A stretch of DNA of 61,940 nt from Elusimicrobiota bacterium (lineage in GTDB: Bacteria; Elusimicrobiota; Elusimicrobia; UBA1565; UBA9628): positions 1-61,940 of the forward strand of contig DAHVWT010000001.1 in assembly GCA_027327915.1 (NCBI GenBank), given 5' to 3'. A model generated the notes under the pieces. The model ran no database searches, had not been told where the DNA came from, and was given only the letters and a program-made list of their open reading frames with translations. This document shows positions 39,385 through 47,005 of the stretch, one piece after another; the stretch's first letter is position 1; every line of letters starts with the position of its first letter. The position numbers were made by a program, and so were the translations under genes.

Positions 39385-40824
39385 TTAGGCGATCCTGAAG
39401 TAGCCGACCAGGCTGCAATGCAGCGGCCGGGCGAAGTGCATGGTTTTGGTGAGCCCGTCTCCCGTCGGGGTCCCGATCGACATGGAGGCGTAGCCCTCCC
39501 CCATGCCGAGCCCGAAGAGGTTCGGCGCGTTTTTGACGTAAATCGAGCACTGCATGCGCCGGCCCATCCGGGTGAGGTTGCCGACGTGGGTCGAGTGCAT
39601 GGAGGCCGTGTGGTGGTTCTCCCCCTCGGCCGCGTAGGCGAGCTCGATCGCGGCATCGACGTCGGGAACCTGGGTCACGGGCATGACGGGCATCAGCTGC
39701 TCGGTCCAGACGAAGGGATGATCGTTGGGGACCGCGGCCCACAGGAGGCGCGTCGTCGGCGGCACCGAAAGGCCGATGCCTTTCGCGATGTAGGCGGCGT
39801 CCTTGCCGACGTACTGTCGGTTGAGCCGGGGGTCCTTGCAGCCGCGGCCTCCCTCGACGATGACGAGCTTCGTCAGGGCGTCGAGTTGGGCGGGCGAGAG
39901 CTCGCAGGCGCGGGTGTCCCGGCGCAGGCATTCCAGAAATCGGCTCCAGGCGGCCTCGACGACGATCGTTTCCTTTTCCGCGGTGCACAGGACGTTGTTA
40001 TCAAAGGAGGCGCCGAAGACGATGTCCGAGGCGCATTGCGGGAAATTCGCGGTTTCATCCACCACCGCCGGCGGATTACCGGGCCCCGCCGCGATCGTCT
40101 TGCAGGTCTTGCCGACCGTCATCGCGACCTTGACGATGGCGGGGCCGCCGGTCACGAGGTTGACCCGCACGTCCGGATGGGCCAAGAGCGCCTTGGTCGT
40201 CTCCTGGGACGCGGGGGAGACCGTGACCATGAGATGGGGCGGCGCGCCGGCCTGGACGGCGGCCGCGCTCAGCACCCGCATCGCCTCGGCCGAGCATTGC
40301 GCCGCGGCCGGATGCGGCGAGAAGACGACGGCGTTTCCCGCCGAGAGGATCGAAATCGAGTTGTTGATGACGGTCGCGCCGGGGTTCGTCGAGGGGGTGA
40401 CGGCCGCGACGACTCCGAAAGGCGCGTACTCGACCAAGGTGAGGCCCTTGTCGCCCGTGTAGGCGCGGGACTCCAGGTCCTCGACGCCGGGGGTCCTGAG
40501 GGCGCAGATGAGGTTTTTCTGGACCTTGTCCTCCGCGCGGCCCATTCCCGTCTCCTCGGCGGCCATGCGCGCCAGCCGCTCGGCGTTGGCGACCGCGGCC
40601 TTGCGCATCGCCTCGATGATCTTGCGCCGCGCCTCGAGGCCCAGGCGCTGGAACTCCTCCTGGGCGGCGCGGGCGGCCTTGACGGCGTCGTCGACGCTTG
40701 AGAAGACGACGCCGGAGTCGCGAGCGGAGCCCCCCGACGCGCCCCAGGCGGCGTTCATCGTGCCCTGGGCCTTGAGGCGATCAAGGACCTGCGCGACGAC
40801 GCTCGCCAGTTCCTCCGGGGCCAT
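39385..40824 (-). CDS. CoA-acylating aldehyde dehydrogenase (PduP/EutE-type) with an N-terminal encapsulation-peptide-like helix
   Basis: ATG at 40824. The N-terminus MAPEELASVVAQVLDRLKAQG plus a linker precedes the ALDH core (PFGVVAAVTPSTNP, catalytic Cys region FDNNVLCTAEK, GEG..S). Confidence 0.92.
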   Translation of the reverse strand: MAPEELASVVAQVLDRLKAQGTMNAAWGASGGSARDSGVVFSSVDDAVKAARAAQEEFQRLGLEARRKIIEAMRKAAVANAERLARMAAEETGMGRAEDKVQKNLICALRTPGVEDLESRAYTGDKGLTLVEYAPFGVVAAVTPSTNPGATVINNSISILSAGNAVVFSPHPAAAQCSAEAMRVLSAAAVQAGAPPHLMVTVSPASQETTKALLAHPDVRVNLVTGGPAIVKVAMTVGKTCKTIAAGPGNPPAVVDETANFPQCASDIVFGASFDNNVLCTAEKETIVVEAAWSRFLECLRRDTRACELSPAQLDALTKLVIVEGGRGCKDPRLNRQYVGKDAAYIAKGIGLSVPPTTRLLWAAVPNDHPFVWTEQLMPVMPVTQVPDVDAAIELAYAAEGENHHTASMHSTHVGNLTRMGRRMQCSIYVKNAPNLFGLGMGEGYASMSIGTPTGDGLTKTMHFARPLHCSLVGYFRIA

Positions 40825-40826
40825 GC

Positions 40827-41147
40827 TCAACGGGGACTCCTCGCCGGCTGGGCGTCGGAGGCCTTCTCGAAGACCCTGCGTCCTCCCTCCTCGACCGAGT
40901 CGACGATGGCGAAGATGGAGGCGTCCACGGGGCGCTCCTGCGTCCGGGCGGTCTGGCGCGCGGAGGAACCCTGGACGACGAGGACGAGCTCCCCCTCCCC
41001 CGCGCCCACCGTGTCGACCGCCACCAAGGGGTTGCCCCGGGGCTCGTTTTTGAGGTCGACCGGCTGGATGAGAAGGAGCTTGAAGCCCACGAGCTTCTCG
41101 TCTTTCAGGGTGCAGACGACGGTTCCCGTCACACGCGCGAAGATCAT
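40827..41147 (-). CDS. BMC-P pentameric vertex protein (EutN/CcmL family), third copy
   Basis: MIFARVTGTVVCTLKDEKLVGFKLLLIQPVD...AVDTVGAGEGELVLVVQGSSAR. Confidence 0.88.
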   Translation of the reverse strand: MIFARVTGTVVCTLKDEKLVGFKLLLIQPVDLKNEPRGNPLVAVDTVGAGEGELVLVVQGSSARQTARTQERPVDASIFAIVDSVEEGGRRVFEKASDAQPARSPR

Positions 41148-41158
41148 CGGTGGCCGCC

Positions 41159-41263
41159 ACGGAAGGCTACGGAAGGCCACGGAAAGCCGCGGCGAGTCTC
41201 CGGCATGGCGGACTCATGCTTTCGAGCCTTCCGTCGCATCTGTGGCCTTCTTTTGCTTTCCGT
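41159..41263. repeat. Structured repeat element in the BMC-H / BMC-P intergenic region
   Basis: Three tandem 10-mers, ACGGAAGGCT ACGGAAGGCC ACGGAAAGCC (41159..41188). Their reverse complements follow in the same (not nested) order: AGCCTTCCGT (41225..41234), GGCCTTC (41244..41250), GCTTTCCGT (41255..41263). Shares motifs with 13003..13051. Confidence 0.55.
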
Positions 41264-41272
41264 TGCTTGGAC

Positions 41273-41572
41273 CTAGCGCTTGCCGCGGCCCAGGGTCTCG
41301 GGGAGGGAAATGGGCATCTTCCCCTCGAGGTCCGGGTGGGGCTGCGGGATCACGTGGACGGCGATAAGCTCGCCCACTTTCTGCGCGGCGGCGGCGCCGG
41401 CGTCGCAGGAGGCCTTGCAGGCCGCGACCTCTCCGCGGAAGAGGATGGTGACGAGGCCCGTGCCGACCTTCTCGTAGCCGACGAGCTTCACGTCCGCGGC
41501 CTTGACGGCGGCGTCCGCGGCCTCGACGCAGGCGACGAGGCCTCTTGTTTCGATCATACCGAGTGCGTACAT
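41273..41572 (-). CDS. BMC-H shell protein (PduA/EutM-type), second copy
   Basis: [59 protein letters not shown]...VHVIPQPH. Confidence 0.92.
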   Translation of the reverse strand: MYALGMIETRGLVACVEAADAAVKAADVKLVGYEKVGTGLVTILFRGEVAACKASCDAGAAAAQKVGELIAVHVIPQPHPDLEGKMPISLPETLGRGKR

Positions 41573-41609
41573 GGTTATCTCCTTGGCTTAGCTTGATGCG
41601 GCATGGAAA

Positions 41610-42248
41610 TCAGACGATGCGGACCTCGTCGCCGCCGCGGAGCCAGGCGGCGTTGGCCTCGTCGGTGTCGACGTGAAACTCGAGGCTGAACTTGTCGGAG
41701 ACTCGGCAGAGCACCTGCTCGAAGACGAGCTCGCGCGGCCCGTTGGTTCCGGCGCGCACGCGCACGACCTCGCCGTCCTCGATCCCCAGGGCCTTGGCCT
41801 CGAGGGGATGGAAATGGATGTGGCGCCGCGCGACGATGAGTCCCTCCTTGATCTCAAGCGAGCCCTTGGGGCCGATGACGCGCACGCGCGACGACCCGGC
41901 GAGATCGCCCGAATCGCGGATGGGGGGCCTCAGGCCCAGGGCCTGGGCGTCGGTCTGCGAAATTTCAATTTGGGTCTTGGAGCGGTGGGGCGCCACGAGG
42001 CGGACGTTTTTGATGGCGCCCTTGGGACCCTCGATGTCCACGGTCTCGTAGCAGGCGTAGAAGCCGGGCTGCTTGACCTGCTTGAATTTGCGCACCGCCG
42101 CGCCCTTGCCGAAGAGGACGTCGAAGTCCTCCTGCTTGAAATGGACGTGTCGGTTGGAGACCCCGACGGGGATCGCGGTCTTCGAGCGCTCCATGCGCGA
42201 GACGATCTCCGCCGTGATGCGCCGGGCGAGCTCGGGGTCCTGGTCCAT
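41610..42248 (-). CDS. pduL: PduL-type phosphate acyltransferase with an N-terminal encapsulation-peptide-like helix
   Basis: Two PduL repeats (IPVGVSNRHVHF and IVARRHIHF) and the N-terminus MDQDPELARRITAEIVSRMERS. Confidence 0.92.
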   Translation of the reverse strand: MDQDPELARRITAEIVSRMERSKTAIPVGVSNRHVHFKQEDFDVLFGKGAAVRKFKQVKQPGFYACYETVDIEGPKGAIKNVRLVAPHRSKTQIEISQTDAQALGLRPPIRDSGDLAGSSRVRVIGPKGSLEIKEGLIVARRHIHFHPLEAKALGIEDGEVVRVRAGTNGPRELVFEQVLCRVSDKFSLEFHVDTDEANAAWLRGGDEVRIV

Positions 42249-43036
42249 TAGGGTCTCCGGGTCCCGGCGGCCGCGAGGGTCTTATAGTGGATAATGCGGA
42301 GGAAAGAGATCGGCTTGAGGCTTTCCCCGCCGACCAGGGCGCCGTCGACATCCGGCTGGGCCATGAGGGCGTCGATGTTTTCGGCCTTGACCGAGCCCCC
42401 GTAAAGGATGCGCAGGGCCGAGGCGAAACCCTCGCCGTGGGCCTGGGATGCGAGCTTGCGGATGAAAGCGTGGGCTTCCTCGGCCTGGGCCGGGGAGGCG
42501 GTCTTGCCGGTTCCGATCGCCCAGACGGGCTCGTAGGCGAGGGTGATCTTGGCCGCCTCGACAGGCGGCAGGCCCGTGAGGGCGGCGCGGAATTGCTCGG
42601 TGAGCGCCCCCCACGTCTTCTGGCTCTCGCGCTCCTCGAGGGTTTCTCCCACGCAGAGGATCGGCAGAAGGCCCGCGGCAAGCGCCGCGGCGAGCTTTTT
42701 CGCGACGATAGCGCTCGTTTCGCCGAAAAGCCGGCGCCGCTCGCTATGCCCCACGATCGCGTAACGGCATCCCGCGTCGGCCAACTGGAAGGCCGAAATT
42801 TCCCCCGTGAAGGCTCCCTGGGGCTCCCAATGAAGATTTTGCGCCCCGAGCTTGACGGGGCTTCCCTTGAGAATTTCGGCCACGACGGCCAGGGCCGTGA
42901 AGGGAACCAAGAGAGCGACCTCGGCATCTCCGGCCCCCACGCCCTCCCTGATCTCTCGCGCGAGCTTGGCCGCGTCGGCCAAGCCCAGATGCATCTTCCA
43001 GTTGCCGGCGATGAGGGGGATGCGTTTGGGGTTCAT
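42248..43036 (-). CDS. tpiA: Triose-phosphate isomerase
   Basis: MNPKRIPLIAGNWKMH, AIVGHSERR, YEPVWAIGTG, YGGSV. Start taken at ATG 43036 (family-typical N-terminus) rather than GTG 43060. The stop overlaps the pduL start by 1 nt. Confidence 0.9.
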   Translation of the reverse strand: MNPKRIPLIAGNWKMHLGLADAAKLAREIREGVGAGDAEVALLVPFTALAVVAEILKGSPVKLGAQNLHWEPQGAFTGEISAFQLADAGCRYAIVGHSERRRLFGETSAIVAKKLAAALAAGLLPILCVGETLEERESQKTWGALTEQFRAALTGLPPVEAAKITLAYEPVWAIGTGKTASPAQAEEAHAFIRKLASQAHGEGFASALRILYGGSVKAENIDALMAQPDVDGALVGGESLKPISFLRIIHYKTLAAAGTRRP

Positions 43037-43043
43037 TCTAGTA

Positions 43044-43060
43044 GTGGCCAAATTGGCCAC
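43044..43060. promoter_or_regulatory. Perfect 8-1-8 palindrome in the tpiA 5' leader (candidate operator or RNA hairpin)
   Basis: GTGGCCAA-A-TTGGCCAC lies 7 nt upstream of the tpiA ATG. It contains two TGGCCA hexamers, and a third TGGCCA lies at about 43088. Confidence 0.35.
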
Positions 43061-43112
43061 ACGCTCTCGTTCCGGCGGCCGGGCGCCTTCTTAAGCGTGG
43101 CCATGGCAACCG

Positions 43113-43142
43113 ATTTTAGCGAATGGCGGGGAAACGGGTCAA
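43113..43142 (-). promoter_or_regulatory. Sigma70-type promoter for the BMC operon
   Basis: Minus-strand reading: TTGACC (43137..43142), 18-nt spacer, TAAAAT (43113..43118), about 75 nt upstream of the tpiA start. Confidence 0.5.
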
Positions 43143-43711
43143 TATTGCGACAAGGGAATCCACAAGGTCCCGGCCGTGATGCTCGGCTCCGGGCCGGGAC
43201 CTTCGGGGCATGGCGCGGCGCCGCCGTCTCGAAGAATGCGCAGGGGGCGCACGCCGGCTTCCCGGGCGGCGCTCAATTCCCGCGCCGAGCTGGAAAAGAA
43301 AAGGACGAAGCGCCCCGTTTTAAGCTTATCGAGAAGGCCCTCGAGGGATCCGGCCAGGACAAAGCGCCCCGGGGGAAGCAGGTAGCGCCAGTCCTTGACG
43401 AGATGCTCCGAATCCTGTTCCGGGCGGGCGCTGACGACCTCGACGCGAAAACCCAAGAGCCGGAAAAGCCAAGCCAGGGCGTAGGGAACTATTTTCACGC
43501 GCTCCAGATCGTAGGAGCGATTGACCTCGGCCCAGAAGCCGCTCGAGCACGCGGGAGCGGCCATGGCGGCGGCTTTGGAGAAGGCCGCCCGGGATTGGAC
43601 GAGGGTCCCGTCGAAGCCGAAGCCCACCGAGAGCCTGGCCAGCGTCGCGAAGCTGAAAAGCGCCGCCCAGGCGGCGAGGAGAACGAAGGACTTCTTGATT
43701 CGTCCTGTCAT
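43139..43711 (-). CDS. Signal-anchored HAD-like fold protein with degenerate catalytic motifs
   Basis: From MTGRIKKSFVLLAAWAALF. GFGFDGTLV resembles HAD motif I but lacks the first Asp. The FFSSSAREL region lacks the motif IV acidic residues. Confidence 0.5.
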   Translation of the reverse strand: MTGRIKKSFVLLAAWAALFSFATLARLSVGFGFDGTLVQSRAAFSKAAAMAAPACSSGFWAEVNRSYDLERVKIVPYALAWLFRLLGFRVEVVSARPEQDSEHLVKDWRYLLPPGRFVLAGSLEGLLDKLKTGRFVLFFSSSARELSAAREAGVRPLRILRDGGAAPCPEGPGPEPSITAGTLWIPLSQY

Positions 43712-43734
43712 TTTGCCGATGAATCCCTTGGAGC

Positions 43735-44334
43735 TCACCGCAACCCCTCCGATTCGAGGAGAAAGCCCTCGATGGCCTCGTCGAGGGCCGCCGCCGCCTC
43801 GAGAAGCAGGCGCAGCACTTCGCCCCGCTCGAGACCCTGGATGAAAGGAGCATCCCCTTTCCAAAGCTTTTCCTGCCCCTCCCGCAGAATGCGCGCCAGG
43901 GCCCGGGTCGAGCGGCGGGAGTCAAGGAGCAGGGGCTCGCGCTTGGCGGCCGAGCTTGCCGCGAGAGCCCGGCGCAGCCCTCCCAGAGCGTCCTCGAGAT
44001 AGGCTGACGCGCGCCCCGCCGAGCGGTCGCGGGGCAGTCGCCAGTAGGCGTTCTCCTTGACCGCCCAGCGCAGGGAGGCGAAGGCGGAGCGGAGGCGCTC
44101 AAGGGCGAGAAAGCCCGAAGGGCCGACGGCGCCCCCGGCCGATTTCGAGGCGCTTTCAAGGCGCCTTTGAGCCGTCTCCAGACGGCCGGCCGCCTTCAGG
44201 GCCGAATCGGGGGAGGAGTGGGCGAAATGGGAGCGCAGCTCCTCGGCGGCGCCGCCCAGTTCCTCCTCGACAACGCGCAGCACGGCGGCGGAGCGCCTTG
44301 CGGGTTTTTGTTTCGAGAAAAAAAGGTCTTTCAA
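43735..44334 (-). CDS. Hypothetical alpha-helical protein
   Basis: 199-aa ORF, ATGA-coupled to the upstream small membrane gene. No recognisable motif. Confidence 0.5.
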   Translation of the reverse strand: MKDLFFSKQKPARRSAAVLRVVEEELGGAAEELRSHFAHSSPDSALKAAGRLETAQRRLESASKSAGGAVGPSGFLALERLRSAFASLRWAVKENAYWRLPRDRSAGRASAYLEDALGGLRRALAASSAAKREPLLLDSRRSTRALARILREGQEKLWKGDAPFIQGLERGEVLRLLLEAAAALDEAIEGFLLESEGLR

Positions 44335-44633
44335 CGGAAGAAATCGGGCGCCTGGGGCTTGCGCCGCTCGATCGTTTCAGGAAGAAAGCGGGAATAGCGG
44401 CGGCAGGCCGCGCCCAGCCCCAGGCAGGCAAGGGCGTAGGCGAGCTCGAAGCCCCCGTAGCGCATCCATTGCTCGCGCGTGACGAAGGTCCAGGGCTTGA
44501 CCGAATAGGCGTTCGCCTCCGGCTCCCCGACGAAGAGGTCGTAGAGCGACTTGGCCCCGACGAGGACGCCCCAGGCGATAAAGAGGTTCGCCAGGAGAAG
44601 AGCCAAGCCCCGGATTTTGATCTTTTCCGTCAC
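44331..44633 (-). CDS. Small membrane protein (two predicted TM helices)
   Basis: From GTG 44633: VTEKIKIRGLALLLANLFIAWGVLVGA...GGFELAYALACLGLGAA. The longer track ORF (to 44960) overlaps rpsI in another frame and is not used. Confidence 0.45.
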   Translation of the reverse strand: MTEKIKIRGLALLLANLFIAWGVLVGAKSLYDLFVGEPEANAYSVKPWTFVTREQWMRYGGFELAYALACLGLGAACRRYSRFLPETIERRKPQAPDFFR

Positions 44634-44667
44634 AACAGGGGCCAGGGTTCGGGACTCGGGGGCGCCG

Positions 44668-45072
44668 TTAGCGCTTCGAGTATTGGAAGCGCTTGCGCGC
44701 CTTGGGCTGGCCGCTCTTTTTGCGCTCGACCGCGCGCGGGTCGCGGGTGAGAAAACCGTGCGCCCGCATGAGCTTGCGGTTTTTGGAGTCGAGCTTGACC
44801 ATGGCCTTGGCGATGGCGAGACGCGCGGCCTCGGCTTGGCCGGTGATCCCGCCGCCGACGATCTTGAGGACGAAATCGAATTTCTGCGAGCCCTCGACGA
44901 GCTTGAGGGGCTCGGTGACCGACGTCTTCTGGCGGTCCTGGCCGCCGAAGAACTCATCAAGAGACTTCTTGTTGACCGTGACCTGGCCCTTGCCGCCGGG
45001 CACGAGACGCACCTGGGCGATCGAGGTCTTGCGCCGTCCGGTGGCCATCAAATGATTGAAAACCTGGGGCAT
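44668..45072 (-). CDS. rpsI: 30S ribosomal protein S9
   Basis: GRRKTSIAQVRL.PG.G...VN... and the C-terminal RAVERKKSGQPKARKRFQYSKR. Confidence 0.97.
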   Translation of the reverse strand: MPQVFNHLMATGRRKTSIAQVRLVPGGKGQVTVNKKSLDEFFGGQDRQKTSVTEPLKLVEGSQKFDFVLKIVGGGITGQAEAARLAIAKAMVKLDSKNRKLMRAHGFLTRDPRAVERKKSGQPKARKRFQYSKR

Positions 45073-45085
45073 GGTATTCCTTTTA

Positions 45086-45520
45086 TTAGAGGCGTTCCGC
45101 TCCCGGATAGATCCGCAGCCGCTTCAGTTGGCGGCTGCGCAGGCGGTTCGACGGGATCATGCGCTTGACGCTCAAGAAGACGACCTTGGCCGGGTTTTTC
45201 TCCATGACCCGGGCGAGGGGCGTGGTCTTGGCGCCCGAGGCGTACCCCGAGTGGCTGAAATAGAACTTTTGCTCCATCTTGTGTCCGGTGATCTTGACGT
45301 CCTTCGCGTTCGTGATGACCACGAAATCGCCGCAGTCGAGGGACGGGGTGTAGAGGGTCTTGTGCTTGCCGCGCAGCAGCGTCGCGGCGCGGGTGGAGAG
45401 GCGGCCCAAGACCTGGCCCGCGGCGTCGATGTGGTGCCGGCGCCTTTGGTTGGGAAGGCTCGCGGCCTCGGGAAGAGGAGTCTTCTGAAACGATCGCTTC
45501 GGCGTTGAAGTGGTTGTCAT
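45086..45520 (-). CDS. rplM: 50S ribosomal protein L13
   Basis: IDAAGQVLGRLSTRAATLLRGKHK..YTP..D.GDFVVI.NA, with rplM-rpsI synteny. Confidence 0.97.
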   Translation of the reverse strand: MTTTSTPKRSFQKTPLPEAASLPNQRRRHHIDAAGQVLGRLSTRAATLLRGKHKTLYTPSLDCGDFVVITNAKDVKITGHKMEQKFYFSHSGYASGAKTTPLARVMEKNPAKVVFLSVKRMIPSNRLRSRQLKRLRIYPGAERL

Positions 45521-45577
45521 GCCTTGTCAGTCGCCGCGGACCGACGCCCGCAACGAGCGATTACGATAGCAAATCCG

Positions 45578-45751
45578 TTAAGAATTCTTCAACTCGACCA
45601 GGCAGTCGCGGCAGAGGCAGTCCTCCTCGGTCGGCGGGTCGGGCGCGGGGAGCGCGGCGCACCAGCAAAGTTTTTCGCCTTTCTCCGGCCCGCAGACGAA
45701 TTCCTTCCCGCAGCGGGGGCATCGGGTCCGTCGGCGCGGCGGCTGATCCAT
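45578..45751 (-). CDS. Cysteine-rich CWC-family small protein
   Basis: CPRCGKEFVCGPEKGEKLCWCAALP...CLCRDC. Start taken at MDQPP (45751), just after the upstream stop. Confidence 0.6.
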   Translation of the reverse strand: MDQPPRRRTRCPRCGKEFVCGPEKGEKLCWCAALPAPDPPTEEDCLCRDCLVELKNS

Positions 45752-45755
45752 GAGA

Positions 45756-46220
45756 TTAGAATCCGGCGTATTTTCGGATCGAGACAAGCCTCTCGACGTA
45801 ATAAGGATCCCGGATCGACTGGATGTGGACGCCCTCGCTTACCGAGGCGTGGATGAAATAGCCCTTTCCTAGATAGACCCCCACATGATCGACGATTCGT
45901 TTTCTCGGATGGTGCATCGAGAAAAAGACGAGGTCGCCCGGCAGGACCCGCCGGGGTGCGAGGTAGCGCGTGGCGGCGAACTGCTGGCGCGAAACCCGCG
46001 GGAGATCAAACCCCGCTTTCCGGTAGACGAGTTGGACGAAAGCCGAACAGTCGAGCCCCGTGCGGGGGCTCATGCCCCCCCAGAGATAGGGGACGTTGAG
46101 ATAGGGCATCGTCAGGGCGACGATGCGGTCGCGCGCCTGGGCGATCGTCATGGCGCGGCCGCTCGCGGGAAACGCCGCCAGCGCCAACGCTGCCAGGGTC
46201 AGCCGTGCCGTCGGGAACAT
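45756..46220 (-). CDS. NlpC/P60 (C40) family cell-wall peptidase, secreted
   Basis: Signal peptide MFPTARLTLAALALAAFPASG, YLWGG, catalytic Cys GLDCSAFV, His HVGVYLG. Confidence 0.85.
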   Translation of the reverse strand: MFPTARLTLAALALAAFPASGRAMTIAQARDRIVALTMPYLNVPYLWGGMSPRTGLDCSAFVQLVYRKAGFDLPRVSRQQFAATRYLAPRRVLPGDLVFFSMHHPRKRIVDHVGVYLGKGYFIHASVSEGVHIQSIRDPYYVERLVSIRKYAGF

Positions 46221-46244
46221 CGGGAAAGGTATAATGCATCCTCC

Positions 46245-46970
46245 GTGCGATTTCAAGGCTGCTTCCTTTTATGGGCCGGCCTTGCCGCGCTTCCCGCCGC
46301 GCGGGTCGCCGCGCAGCAGATCCCGCCCCTCAACGACCAGAAGGACTGGACCGATCAGGACAAGCGGGAGTTCTTGGAGTACCTTCAGTCGAATCAACCC
46401 ATGCCGAAAGGGAAGGCTCGCAACATCGCTCTTCCTCCGGGGGCCCTGGGGACGGAGAGTCCGGCCTGGGCTTTGGAATTGGCGCCGGAGACCGTGACGC
46501 TTTACCCTTATGATCAGAACGGCTACGGGCCCACGGCCGAGGGGCTCTTGGGCGCGCGGGCGCTTTACGAGAGGCATTTTTTCACGTGGATGAGGGGGTA
46601 CGCGGGTTTTGAAGGAGTTCCCATGGACGAGAAAGAAAATTCCGGCGCCACGGCGGAGCTCGTCCGCTGGGCGATTCCCGTGGGCCTTGAGTTCGCCCTC
46701 GTCCCGCTGGGGACGTCCCAGACCCGCTACGTCATCCTTCGCGCGGGCGTCGAGGCCGCGGACATGACGGGCGCTCCGGCCGGCGCCTTCGCGGCGCCCC
46801 TCGCGGGGCCGTCGGCCGCCTGGGACGTCGCCTTGGGCTGGGAACGGCAGTTTCCAGACACCCATTGGCGCATGAACATCGCCTTGGACGGGCTCCACTC
46901 CATCACCAATCCCGGAGGGGTGGGCTACGTCGGCTTCGGCGCGACGGCCGAGTTCGCGTATACGTTTTAA
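46245..46970 (+). CDS. Putative outer-membrane beta-barrel protein
   Basis: From GTG 46245: signal peptide (RFQGCFLLWAGLAALPAARVAAQ), alternating beta-strand-like C-terminal half, and a terminal aromatic residue (AEFAYTF). TATAAT at 46230..46235. Confidence 0.6.
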   Translation: MRFQGCFLLWAGLAALPAARVAAQQIPPLNDQKDWTDQDKREFLEYLQSNQPMPKGKARNIALPPGALGTESPAWALELAPETVTLYPYDQNGYGPTAEGLLGARALYERHFFTWMRGYAGFEGVPMDEKENSGATAELVRWAIPVGLEFALVPLGTSQTRYVILRAGVEAADMTGAPAGAFAAPLAGPSAAWDVALGWERQFPDTHWRMNIALDGLHSITNPGGVGYVGFGATAEFAYTF

Positions 46971-47005
46971 AAAAGCTCCTACGGGCGACTTGCTACAATA
47001 AACGG

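Noticed and set aside
41159-41188. Tandem 10-mers as a possible CRISPR or VNTR array
   Set aside because: There are only three short units with no spacers. Their reverse complements follow nearby and the same motifs recur after another gene. This behaves as a REP-like structured element, not a CRISPR array.
42287-44002. 571-aa plus-strand ORF
   Set aside because: It is antisense to tpiA, the HAD-like gene and the next hypothetical gene. It is a low-complexity Arg/Gly/Pro/Ala-rich translation that crosses an intergenic promoter region. It is not credible as coding.
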